NCBI GenBank assembly: GCA_047967505.1
Contig: CM106538.1
Length of the DNA stretch: 64,000 nt
Origin: Dipteris shenzhenensis
Taxonomy: Eukaryota
Reading direction: 5' to 3' (one strand)
The position numbers and the translations under genes are program-made. The notes under the pieces were generated by a model. It did no database searches. It was not told the DNA's origin and was given only the letters and a program-made list of their open reading frames with translations. Below are positions 11,362 to 24,128 of this stretch, one piece after another; position 1 is the stretch's first letter; each line of letters starts with the position of its first letter.

Positions 11362-14300
11362 TATGGCAACAAGAAGCAATCAACAGGAAGTGGCTCGAGT
11401 TCAACAGCTACTGCTGCACCAATAATCCAAGCGTTGAGGATTCGCCCACCATCCTTCACTGAAGGCAAGCTAGATGGTACGAACTACACTCTCTAGAAGT
11501 TTAAAATTACTACTATTCTAGATTCATATGAGCTTTTAGAGACAGTACTGGGGACCCAGAACCACAAGGAACCCTCGACCCAGCAAATCCGAGGAGTACG
11601 ATACCTCCTAATGCCGACCTTCTACGAGCTTGGAAATGCAAGAACGCAAATGCTCTATGCCCTGGTTACAAGTACTACTGATAGTGTTTTGACCTTGATT
11701 CAACATACATCTAAGGCAACTGTGGCCTGGAACATATTGAAGAGTCAGTATGAGACGTGGAATCAGACAAGGATCCAGAACCTGGAGAATCAGCTCGCAG
11801 CTGAGAAGTTTAATGAAGGAGAGACAATGGAGGTGTTCATAACCCGAATCAGAAATCTATGTGACCAGATGGCTGGTGTTGGGATACAAAAGACTAGCGA
11901 AGAGCTAGCTCGGCGGTGTCTCCAGATATGTCCACCAAGGTTTGATGGACTGGTAACAGCGCTTAACACTCAGGTGAGACCCCAACCATTGTCATTTGAG
12001 GAGTTCTGTGCTTTACTTTATGGAGGAGGAATTGAGGCTTAAAGCTCAAGATGGAGGCGGCAATAAGGATGCTGCATTCTCTACCACTACGAAAGGCAAA
12101 GGTGGTTCCTCCACCAACGGTGAGTCCTCTACTAGTGGTGACAAAAAGAAGAAGGGCGACAAGAAGAAGTTTCAGGGAGAATGCTTCTACTGCAAGAAGA
12201 AGGGCCATGTGATTATAGATTGCTGGGTCAAGAAAGCAGATGAAAAGAATGGTACCCTGAAGAAGACAGATAAGGGGAAAGAGACAGCTAACATAGCGGA
12301 AGCAGAGTTGGATCTATTTCTGGCCATTGAGGAAGAGTGTTCCTCAGTTCAAGAAGCATCAACCACTAATTCATGGGTGTTGGATAGTGGTGCCTCCTGT
12401 CACATGACCTGCAAGAAGGGTCTATATTGTTTCATGCAGCCTCTACAAGAACCCATCACCATGACAGTTGGAAATAACGCAAAATGCCCTATTGAGGGTA
12501 CAGGTACAGTTTCATTTGTTTCTATAAATGGAGATGTTCAAAAACTATCTAATGTGTTGCATGTTCCACAAATCAAGAGAAATTTGCTATCATTTGCTTC
12601 CGTAACTGACCTTGACCATGAGGTGAGGTTCAACAAGACAGGAGCAAAAATTCTAGATAGTGCTTGCAATCTTGGTGGCACAAGAGTAAAGAGGAACAAC
12701 CTGTATGAGCTAAGTGGTCTTACAGCCACCGTTGGAGTGGGCACAAGTAGACTTTGGCACAAAAGATTCGGCCACATCAGATTTGCAGTGCTGAAGGAGA
12801 TGCGAAGCAAGGTATGGTTGCTCAGTTACCTACTATAATAGCAAAAATCAAAGAACCGTGTGAAGCTTGCATGATGGGCAAGCAACAGAGAAAGGCATTC
12901 CCATAAGAAAGCAAGAATAGAGCAAACGCTCCTCTAGAGTTGGTGCATGTTGACTTGTGCGATAAGATGCCTACACAGGCCTTGGGGGGATCTTCCTATT
13001 TTTTATTGATTGTCAACGACTATAGTAGGAAGATGTGGGTGTACTTTCTTCGTGAAAAGGCTCAAGATTTTGGTAAATTGAAAGAATGGCTATAGCTTGT
13101 TGAAAATGAAACGAGGAGAAAAGTGAAGAAAATCAGATTGGATGGTGGTGGTGAGTTTGTTTCTACAAAGTTTGGAGATTTTAGCAAGAGCAAAGGGATC
13201 AAACGACAAACCACTTTTGGGCTGAGGCTATCAATACTGCAGTTTACATCCTTAATCATAGCTATACAAAGGCACTCAAAGGTAAAACACCACATGAGGC
13301 TTACACCGGTGGCAAGAAGCCATCTATCTCCCATTTCAGAACGTTTGGGTGTGAATGCTATGTGCATGTACCAGACAAAGAGAGAAACAAGCTACAACCA
13401 AAAAGCACCAAATGTATCTTTTTAGGCTATTGTGATGAGAAGAAAGCCTATAAGTTGTATGATCGAGAGGCAAAGAAGATCATAGCGAGCCATGATGTGG
13501 TGTTCAGGGAGCAGCCACATGCAGTGGAGGCAGAGAAGAGCTCTTCCACTTTATCATCAAGCAAAGAGGTAATTCACTATGGATCTATCCCAGGAGCTAT
13601 AAAGGAGGAGGAAATATCAGATGATGAAGGTATAAGTTGCCAACCTATTGTTACACCACTGGAAAAGCCATTGCCGCCATGATGGGTAAGGCAGCAGATG
13701 CATATCTTTGTTGAGCAGCATGCAGATGGACCAAGGCGATCTCAGAGAATCGAGGAGCAAAGGAGGGCTTCTACTCACATAGTCAATATGGCCTTGATGG
13801 CTGAGATTATTGCAGAAGTAAAGGAGCCTGCACGTTTGGAGGAAGCACTTGTAGACCGAGACTGGAAAAATGCTATGCAAGTAGAATATGATAGCATCAT
13901 GAAGAATGAAACTTGGGAGCTGGTAGATCGATCACCTAGCAGAAAGGTTATTGGCACCAAGTGGGTTTGGAAAGTAAAGTACAAGGTCGATGGGACTTTG
14001 GAAAAGTACAAAGCCAGATTGGTTGCACAAGGATTTTCATAGGTTGAAGGGTGGTGTTTTGAGCAGGTTCTCCAATAAGCCCTGGGAGAATCATTGGAAT
14101 GCAGGGATGCAGGTGCTCAGGTATGTGAAGGGCACTCTTGATTATGGCATCACTTATGGTACGGGCACTTCCTTGGCTAGTCATTGTGACTCAGATTGGG
14201 CTGGAGATGTTGATTCTAGGAAATCAGTTTCTGGATATTGTTTCTCTTTAGGTTCAAGTATCTTCTCTTGGATCAGTAAGAAACAACCAATAGTGGCATT

Positions 14301-14709
14301 GTCTTCTACCGAGGCTGAGTACAAGGCAGCATATTTTGCTGCTTGTGAAGCAGTGTGGCTGAGGAGGATCTTATGGCACATGGGAGTGCAAGAGGATGAG
14401 GCAACTGTGCGGAGGTGCAACAATCAAAGTTGCATGGTCATTGCTAAAAATCCAGTGTTTCATGCACGCACAAAACATATAGAGATTTAGTATCACTATG
14501 TGCGTGATTTGATTGAGGATGGGATAGTGGAATTGGTCTGCTATCCAACAAAGCAAAATGGAGCAGATATCTTCACCAAGGCACTCAGGAAAGATCAGCT
14601 TCAGGATCATCTTCAAAGACTCAGCATTGGGCCAAGGAGGTAGTTGACCTACGAGTGGACATTGATGGGGGGTGTTACATATGCTCAATGCCCCACCCTC
14701 TTAGTAAAA
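11362..14709 (+). mobile_element. Ty1/copia element 2: no 5' LTR, internal deletions, short 3' LTR stub
   Basis: gag (KLDGTNYTL*KFK; CFYCKKKGH knuckle), protease (WVLDSGAS), integrase with deletion near 13215, RT lacking its YVDD core (jump near 14050), RNase H (DSDWAGD, STEAEY), PPT, then TGTTACATATGCTCAATGCCCC at 14673. Confidence 0.92.
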
Positions 14710-15728
14710 GGATGCGTCAATTTTACGAGCAAAAACCTATGAGCAGGTTTATCCGAGCGTGTTTTTCAAAATATTTTTAAAAATGTTTTTCTTTAAGAAA
14801 CATGGTTTTTACACTTTTATTTTCACTAGAACTAGATCCCTTTATCATAAAAATATACAGACTAGTCACTCATTCATTTTTACACAACATAATTTTCTTA
14901 TTTAGAGACATCCCTTTGTACCCCTGTTATTACCTTAAAAAAGTGTTGATTCCTTTAAGAAACATTCCTCATAATCACTCTCAATGTAATAATACTATGC
15001 ATATATAATTACTTATTAACACATTTATATCATCTGGCAATATCTTTTTAGTGTTTTTATAGCATATTTATGGACATGTTTCTAAAGAAGTTTAAATTAC
15101 TATAAATAAGTATTAACTTGGGCTTATATATCACTCTCATAAAATACATGTAATATTTAATACTATATATGGAAGATTTTCCAAAATATAACTTCATAGA
15201 TGTGCTCAAATGGGGTGTTCCGATCAATTTGAGTGGTTGAATGACTATATTTGGACATTGGTTATGAAAGTTATGTCACTTTTAAAAGTGCTGTCCAAGG
15301 TAGTTTCGCCAGCGAAACTACCTTGGGAGACTTGCTTCAAAGGGGTTTCGCTGGCGAAACTACCTGGATGGCTTCCTTCAATGAGTTTTCTTTGAAGAAA
15401 CTCTTTCATGAAGATAGGTTGAGAGAGGGTTTTCAATGTCACCCCCTATTAAGTAAAAGTTGTAAGAAGGATCATAAGGGAATTTTCATAGAGAAGTCTA
15501 CTCTACATGTGGGTTTCTTCAAAAGCCATCCCATTATGCTCTCACCATTCCTACAGATTCACCTAAAGATTTTTGTATAAAATAGGCATTGCTATAATAC
15601 TTTGCATATTTCTAAGTGAAACTATGTTTTCTTCTGATCGATTTTTGCCATATTTATGCATAGTTGGAAGCTTTTTTTTTCCTTCGCTCGGACGCTCGGA
15701 AGATTTCGCTCAGAAAATGCTCGTCCCC
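14710..15728. mobile_element. Non-autonomous ~1.02 kb Mutator-like element, copy A
   Basis: Near-identical to 24203-25221; imperfect TIRs (GGATGCGTCAATTTTACGAGC vs reverse complement GGGGACGAGCATTTTCTGAGC); flanked by TTAGTAAAA/TTGGTAAAA (9 bp, one mismatch). Confidence 0.75.
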
Positions 15729-15799
15729 TTGGTAAAATATGTTGAAATCGACTCATGTTCTCCTAGATCCCATTGCAAAATTTTGATGGAAATAGCTCC

Positions 15800-15801
<2 letters not shown>

Positions 15802-15836
<35 letters not shown>
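15802..15836. repeat. (AG)n microsatellite
   Basis: Pure AG run. Confidence 0.95.
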
Positions 15837-15837
<1 letters not shown>

Positions 15838-15838
<1 letters not shown>

Positions 15839-18442
15839 TTAGTGACAATCATTGACCAATTCTAAGGGGCACCCAAACTGTGATGACTTGTTCGTATAAA
15901 ACTTAGTTGTGGACCGCACATCATCTTTTCTTGTGGCTCTCCCCTCCACCCATTTGGTGAAATAATTGTTAGATATGCTCAATGCCCCAACCTCCTGGTA
16001 ACCACCATTGGTCCAAGGTGCTCAAGTTGTAAGTCCCCCATATGAGGAGAAGCCATGTGTGAGCCTGGGACACTGGATGGATCCTAACTTGCATGTCAGA
16101 TGAGGTCTATCAATGAGACTATTGATGGTAGAAAGGTGATTGTGTGGGAGCCCCTTATTCTTCCTGGGGCCTAAGGGCCAACTAGTCCCCAACTGGGGGG
16201 TCCTAGGGGAACCAACGGCCTCCTGGTGGGGGTTCAAGGGCGAGAGCCCCCGAGGCGATGGTATAGGGAATATTCCTTGAATATTCCATGGACGACTAGT
16301 CGGCTTCTCCGACTAGGTTGACTGGTCGGTTCCATCGACTATGCTAATCCGACTACCGCCCTCATAGTTATAAAGAGGCGACCTCCCCAATCCATTGTAT
16401 TAGATCAGTTCAGATCAGATCAGACCAGATCTTCCAGCTAGTAGCTCTTCACCTAGTATCTGTCTAGATTGACATCTAAGCTCCGCTATGGGAGCGCACG
16501 AGAGGATGGAGCCATCATCTGTACTACATCAGTATTGAAGGAAAATTTTGTTCCTCTCTAGTTTGATGTGTACTCTCTATTCTTTGTTCAGTTTCTGTTC
16601 CGCTATGCTGTGTAACTTAACAATAATCGGTGGCTAGGATAATGTATCTAGCCCCTATTCCTTTAGCTATTGGGCTTATTGGGCCAATGAAATCTATGCC
16701 CCATTTCTCAAAGTGCTGAGTAGTTAATATTCCCGTTAGGGGCATCATGTCCATTTATGTGGAATTTTCACTCTTTGGTAGGGATCACATCGCTTGATAA
16801 ACTCAATTGCATCTTCAAAGAGACTTGGCCACCAGAGGCCTGCCTGCAACACTTTACATGCCGTAATGTCAAAGGCGAAGTGACCGCCTACTATCTCAAA
16901 ATGGGCTTCTTCCAGCACGTTGATATATTCATGTTCGTCCACACACCTGCGCATGATGCCATCCTTACCCATGCGGTGTAGTAGGCCTGCAACAATTAGT
17001 TGATATGGTGCCAAGTCCTTAATGATTTTGCGGGTTCTGTCCCTCTTAAGGGCTTTGTCTAGAGGCAACCCATTTAGAGCTAGTGGCCTATTTCAGATGC
17101 CCAGTCCGGAATTATGTAAATGAGAAATAGGGGAGCATCTGGGAGGTCATCCTTAACTCCTGTTGGAGCTTGCCCATTGTGAATCATGAGAGGTTGGTTG
17201 GCTAGGATGTGGGATTTTCCTTTACACACTACGACTGTGAAGTCAAACTCTAAAAGGATTAGCATCCACCTTGTGATGCATCCCATCATGTAGGGCTTGT
17301 TAACCAAATACAGTAATGCTTGATGATCAACAAAAAAGATGAACTTGTTGGCTAATAAGTAATTCCTGAACTCCTTAACCGCATAGACCATGGCCTTCCC
17401 TCTCTATTGTCATGTAATTGACCTCAGTATTGTTTAATTATCGGCTAGGAAAGTACACGAGGTAGTCCAAGTTGTAATCCCCTCGTTGGGTTACACATCC
17501 GATGGCAAAGTTTGAGGCATCTATGTGGACATGGAATATTAGATTCCAGTCGGGGGCCCAAAGTACTAGTGCTATGGCTAGAGATAGCTTGAGGGTTTCA
17601 AAGGAATTTTTTGCATTCCTTGGTCCACTCAAATACTACTAATAGCTTGTGCAATGGGTGGGCTATGTTTGTGTAAAATAGGATGAACCTTCAATAGTAG
17701 CCCATATGGCCCATAAACCATTGCACTCCCTTGGTATTTGGGCGGGGACGTAACTCTAGAATGAGCTTGATCTTGATGTAATCCATGGAGATGCCATTCT
17801 TGGACACTATGACCAAGAGTCACATCATGTTTGACTCAAAATTGATGCTTGAGGGGATTCAGAGATATTTGGTACAACCTGCACCTCTCAAGGACTAGTT
17901 TCAATTATCTCAAGTGATCATCCCATGTCGAGTTCATGCACACATCATCCAAGAAGACTTCTACAAAGTCCCTTAGGTACTCCTTGAAGACGGTGATCAT
18001 CAACCGCTAACATGTGGCGAGCACATTTGTAAGTCCAAATATCATTACTTTGGCTACATACACACCCCACTCGATTGCAAAGGCCATTTTATGTTGATCC
18101 TTTGGGGTGATGGATACCTGATTGTATCCCAAGCATCCATTTAGGAAGCTATAAGATTCCTTTATGGCTAGTCTTTCTAGAACATGTTTTGTGAAAGGCA
18201 AGGGATAGTGGTTGTGCCTAGTAGCTGCATTGACCTTTTTCAAGGGATAGTGGTTGCACCTTGTAGTTGCATTGACCTTTTTCAAGTCTACACAGACTCA
18301 AATCTTTCCATTCTTCTTCAAGACTATCACAATGGGCGACACCCAATATGTATGCTCTATCTCATAGATGAATCCCGCATCCATGAGTTTTTGGATTTCC
18401 TCCCTCACTATGAGTGCATATTTGGGCTTCATAGGATAAGGA
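15838..18442 (-). mobile_element. Ty3/gypsy pol remnant (RT - RNase H - integrase), decayed
   Basis: Minus strand: HYPLPF...YSFLNGCLGYNQV, FGLTNV, FLDD; FHVHIDASNFAIG; FVDHQALLYL; GGHF...WWPSLF...CDPYQR; WGIDFIGP; DYFTKWVE; domain order RT-RH-IN. Confidence 0.92.
15967..16622 (+). mobile_element. Solo LTR inserted in the gypsy integrase
   Basis: TGTTAG...TTAACA termini, perfect TSD ATAAT; start resembles the 3' LTR stub of copia 2. Confidence 0.92.
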
Positions 18443-21400
18443 TGTTAGATATCAATGCTCCACTCTCATGTAACTATGCAGGAACTAGCTAACTCTACTT
18501 TAAGCCCCCCATATGAGGAGAAGGCATTTGAGTAGCTCGGTTATCCGGTAAGTCCTGGTTTGGACACCAGATGGGGGCCATGTGTGGCCTGATGGCTGGA
18601 CGAAGTTGGCACAATGCCAACTAGGCTACATGCAAGTGTGGGAAGGCATCCCATGACTGACCGCATTGAGGGTAGATGGAGCATTTCTTGGGGCAGCCCA
18701 CTCTTGGGTTGCAGGGCCCGTTTGGAGTCCCAGATGATCCCGGATGGCTATGGGCCGAACGAAGACTGTACGTTGTTGCTCTATTTTGCACACCGATTCT
18801 ATCGTGTGGTCGGTGGCCTATTTTGGGACCGACCCCTAGTCGACCGTTTTGGGCGGACTGGGTCGGTCACCCAATTGAGCCCAACCGATCATTTTGGGCG
18901 GATTGGGCATACTAGGTCAGTCACCCAATTGAGCCCAACCGCTGACTACTACTGGTGGCTATATAAGAGTAAGCCCGTGAAGCCCATTTCATCACTGGCT
19001 ACAGCAACCCTGATTCCTTAGCATCCAGCCCCCGTCCTCTATTGTTTCTGGCATGCCATCAAAGCTTCTCTCACAGGAGCGGATGGCTGGGAGGCAGCGC
19101 CATCTATTGTATCAGTTATACAGTAATCAAATTTTTTATTCGCCGTACTATCTATTTTCTCTCTTGTGTACGAGATCATGTTATCTATTAAGCACAGACG
19201 TTGTATTGTTTTCTTACATGGTATCAGAGCCTGGACTCTAGCAAGAAGATTTGGTAGTGTGTTTCTGTTTGTTGCGAGTAGATTGTGAGAGATGGCCCAG
19301 CCCACAAGACCACGAATCCCACCGTTCGACGAAAGCGAAAAGTTGGACAGCTCTAACTATCCACTCTGAAAGTTCAAGATGAAGACCATTCTAAGCCCAT
19401 ATGAGCTTTGGGACACTGCTACTGGGGTGGACGTGAGGCCGGTTGCGAGACCGGATCCAGCCAATGTAGGACAACAGGTAGTACCAACTGCGGATGAGAT
19501 TCTCGCATGGACAAGAAGAAATGCAGATGCACTGTGTTCTATTGTCTGTAGTGTAAGTGATTCCGTCATGGCGTTAATTGTACATGTCACCACAGCGGAG
19601 GCATGGATGGTCTTGAAAAATCAGTACGAGACCACGAATCATATGCGGATTCAGAATCTGGAGACTCAACTCGCGAACGAGAAAGTGTCTGAGTCTGAAG
19701 CAGCAGAGAAGTTCATCACCAAGGTGAAGAATCTGCACGATCAGATGATTGCGATTGGCATCACCATCACCATCAAGAATCTAGCACGAAGGTGTATACG
19801 GATTCTCCCACCAAAGTACGATGGTCTTGTTACAGTGCTGAATACGCAGAACAAAAATCTGCCCCTCAACTTTGAGGATTTCAGCGTGATGCTTTGGAGG
19901 AGGAGATGCATCAAAAGACGAGGACTGGAGAAGATTCGGCTTTCTACGCTGGATCAAAGAAAGGTAAGGGTAAGGACTCTGGTAACCCATCTTCTTCTGA
20001 TGATAAAAAGAGAAAGAAGAAGACCAAGTGCTTCTATTACAACAAGGCAAGGCACAAGCAGAATGAGTGCTGAAAGAAGATTGCAGATGAGAAGAACGGA
20101 GTAAAGAAAGAGTCCAGCACCAGTAGAGTTGTTCGTAGCAATTGAGGAGATTTGCATGGAGGCAGTTCATGTACCTGCGGATGAACCTTGGATCATTGAC
20201 AGTGGTGCATCGCGCCACATGACCAGGCGGAAGGATTGGTATACCCCTCTATAGCAGGTAGGGAATGACATCCAGGTAGCAGTCGGCAACGATGCAAAAT
20301 GTCCAGAAAAAGGAAAAGGTATGATTGCTCTCAAGTCAGATGGAGTTGTAAAATAGTTGTCCGATGTTCTTTATGTGCCAGACATCAAGAGGAACTTGTT
20401 GTCCGTTTCTGCGATCACAGATCGGGACCTCAAACTTCACTTCGATAAGAATGGCGCACAGATTGTGGATCTTCAAGGGAAGGTCATTGGTAAAGGTACA
20501 CGGTGCAACAACATCTACGAACTCCCAGCTTTCAGTGCTCGAGCGGATGTGAAGAACACTAAGCTATGGCATGAGAGGTTTGGTCATCTAAACCTTAGTT
20601 CTTTGAAGGAGATGCATAAAAGTGGAATGATTACAGACCTACCAAAAATTTCAGTTCTGCTCGATATATGTGAAGGTTGCATGATGGGCAAGCAGCATCG
20701 GTAGCCCTTTTCTAAAGAGGCCAGTAGGGCAAAGGCTCCTCTAGAGCTCATTCACACGAACCTCTGCGGAAAGATGGAGACGGAAGCTTTGGGTGGTTCC
20801 TAGTACTTCATGACACTGATCGACGACTACAGTAGAAGGATATGGATATACTTCCTGAAGACTAAAGATGAGGCTTTTAGTAAGTTCAAGGAATGGCATG
20901 TAATGGTCGAGAAAGAAACGGGAAGAAGGTGAAGAAATTGAGATCAGATAGAGGTGGAGAGTTCACATCAACTGAATTCGAGAGTTATTGCAAAAGTCAC
21001 GGGATCAAGAGGCAGAAACCCCCGCCACATACATCATAGCAAAATGTAGCAGAACGCAAGATGCGCGTCATTTGTGAAATGGGCAGGAGTATGTTGAAAG
21101 GGAAAGATTTGCCAAAGACTTTCTGGGCTGAAGCATGTAATACTGCAGTTTACATTTTGAATTGTAGCTACACGAAAGCTGTGAACGGGATGACTCCACT
21201 ACAAGCCTTTTCTAGTGAGAAACCTTCAGCTGCACATTTCAAAATTTTTGGATGTGACTGTTTTGTGCATGTTCCTAATGCTAACAGGACCAAATGGGAA
21301 CCAAAGAGCCGGAAGTGTATTTTCTTGGGCTACAGTGAAGAGGCGAAGGGTTACTGTCTCTATAACCCTGTTACCAAGAAGGTAATAGTAAGTCACGATG

Positions 21401-24010
21401 TGGTCTTCTCAGAACAGCCGCATCAATTGGAGGAGGATGCTTCCTTCCCAGACAACCAGGACCAAGATATCCACCCAGTAACACCACCAACAGTAGACCG
21501 AACTCCTCCAATGGTGCTTGGGAGGATTCAAGATAAAGAAGATGAAGAAGAGCCTATAGAACCACAATGGCAAAAGCCATTCCCGAAGTGGGTAAAGTAG
21601 CTTTTAGATGGTAGAGAACCTCCAACCATTGAGGAGGAACCATCCGAACACCACCAGTCCAAGAGATTAGAGGAGCAAAGAAGAGTGCAGGAACACTTGG
21701 TCAACTATGCTTTGATGATAGAAGTGATCCGTGCTGATGAACCCGTGTCTTGAATAGGCACAAGGTGATGATAGGTGGATGGAGGCTATGCAGTCGGAGT
21801 ATGGCTCCATAATGAAGAACAACACTTGGGACCTTGTGGATCATCCACCAAAACACAAGGTAATCGGCACCAAGTGGGTGTACAAGACCAAGTACAAGTC
21901 AGACAGCACGTTGGATAAGTACAAGGCTCGGCTCATGGCAAAGGATTTGCACAGGTACATGGTTTTGATTATCAGGATACTTTTGCTCCCACAGCTCGAC
22001 TAACCACAATTCACAGTGTTTTGGCTTTAGCTGCCTAGGGAAGTTGGCCCATGTTTTAGATGGATGTAAAATCCACCTTTCTAAATGGGGATCTCAAGGA
22101 GGAGGTATACGTGGAACAACCACCATTTTTTGTGATCCCCGGTTTAGAAGGTAAAGTCTGTAAACTAAAGAAGGCACTTTACGGGCTGAAACAGGCCCCA
22201 CGAGCATGATACCAGCGAATTGATGCCTACTTTTTGCAAAACGGGTTCAGGAGGAGCCCATTAGATGCAAATTTGTATATCTTCAAAGAAGGAGGCAGGT
22301 GTATGATCGTGGTCCTTTATGTGAACGACCTTGTCATAATAAGGAACCATGAAGAGAAGATCTCGCAGACAAAGTATTTGCTAGGAAGAGAGTTTGAAAT
22401 GATAGACCTCGGACTGATGCATTCCTGTTTGGGGATTGAAGTTTGGCAAGAGCCGAAAGAGATCTTCATTTCATAGCTAAAGTATGCTGGAGAGATATTG
22501 AAGGCATTTGGCATGGCTGAGTGCAAAACAGTTGGTACCCCTATGGAGGTTGACGTGAAGCTCTCAAACGTGGATTCATCACCACTGGTGTACTAAGCGA
22601 AGTACAAAAGGCTTGTGGGCAGCTTGATTTACTTGTGCAACACGCGGTCGGACATCAGCTTGGCGACTGGTGTACTAAGCAGGTTTTCCAATAAGCCCTG
22701 GGAGAACCATTGGAAGGCAGGGATGCGGGTGCTGAAATATATCAAAGGCACACTTGATTATGGCATCACCTATACCAAGGGCAACATCTTGATCGGATTT
22801 TGTGACTCAGATTGGGCAAGAGATGTGGACAGTAGGAGATCAGTGATAGGTTACTGTTTCTCACTTGGATTTGGAGATGTGTCATGGGTCAACAAGAAGC
22901 AACCCACACTTGCTCTTTCTTCTACCGAGGCTGAGTACAAATAAGCATGCTTTGCTTCTTGCAAGGCAGTGTGGTTGAGGAGGATCCGGGGGGACATGGG
23001 TGCAGTGCAGAACAAGCCTACGCAGTTATCATGTGACCATCAGAGTTGCATGGCGATTGCAAAGAACCCTGTGTTCCACGCTCGCACAAAACACATTGAG
23101 ATTCAATATCACTTTGTACGCGAGCTCATCATGGATAGAGAGGTCGACTTGGTGTACTGTCCGACTATAGAGAATGCTGTGGACATCTTCACAAAGGCTC
23201 TTGGAAGAGACTTGCTGGAGAGGCATCTTGATCGACTTGGCATTGGACCGAAAAAGTAAGTTCACTTGTGGGTGGACATTGAGGGGTGGTGTTAGATATC
23301 AATGCTCCACTCTCATGTAACTATGCGGGAACCAGCTAACTCTACTTGTAAGCCCCCCATATGAGGAGAAGGCATTTGAGTAGCTCGGTTATCCGGTAGG
23401 TCCTGGTTTGGACACCAGATGGGGGCCATGTGTGGCTTGATGGCTGGACGGAGTTGGCACACTGCCAACTAGGCTACATGCAAGTGCGGGAAGGCATCCC
23501 ATGACTGACTGCATTGATGGTAGACGGAGCATTTCTCAAGGCGGCCCACTCTCAGGTTGCGGGGCCCGTTTGGAGTCCCAAATGATCCCAGATGGCTGTG
23601 GGCTGAACGGTGTCCATAGGTCAGTTGCTCTATTTTGCGCACCGGTTCTATCGTGTGGTCGATGACCTATTTTCAGACCGACCCCAGTCGACCATTTTGG
23701 GCGGACTGGGTCGGTTACCCAATTGAGCCCAACCGACTACGACTGGTGGCTATATAAGAGCAAGCCCATGAAGCCCATTTCATCACTCGCTACAGCAACC
23801 CTAATTCCTTAGCATCCAGCCCCCTTTCCTCTACTATTTCTGGCATGCCATCGAAGCTTCTCTCACATGAGCGCACAGTTGGGAGGCAGCACCATCTATT
23901 GTATCAGTTCTACAGTAATCAAATTTTTGATTCTCCATACTATCTGTTTTCTCTCTTGCGTACGTGATCCTGTTATCTGTTAAGCACAGACGTTGTATTG
24001 TTTTCTTACA
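18443..24010 (+). mobile_element. Ty1/copia element 3, full length with premature stops, inserted in the gypsy RT
   Basis: LTRs 18443-19218 and 23290-24010, TSD AAGGA, PBS at 19219, PPT GAGGGGTGG; gag, protease (WIIDSGAS), integrase, RT (QMDVK-like, LYVND), RNase H (KHIEIQYHFVRE). Confidence 0.97.
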
Positions 24011-24128
24011 AAGGACGCTGGTGCACTGGCCTGACATCATCTAGCATGGGTATCATGTGTTGCACGAGAAGCGGGGGCACACCCTTCATGTCTGTGTACT
24101 TCCAGGCCATGTAGTCCTTGTACTCTTA
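24011..24128 (-). mobile_element. Continuation of the gypsy pol upstream of RT
   Basis: Minus strand EYKDYMAWKYTDMKGVPPLLVQHMIPMLDDVRPVHQRP joins YPMKPKY on the other side of copia 3. Confidence 0.85.
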
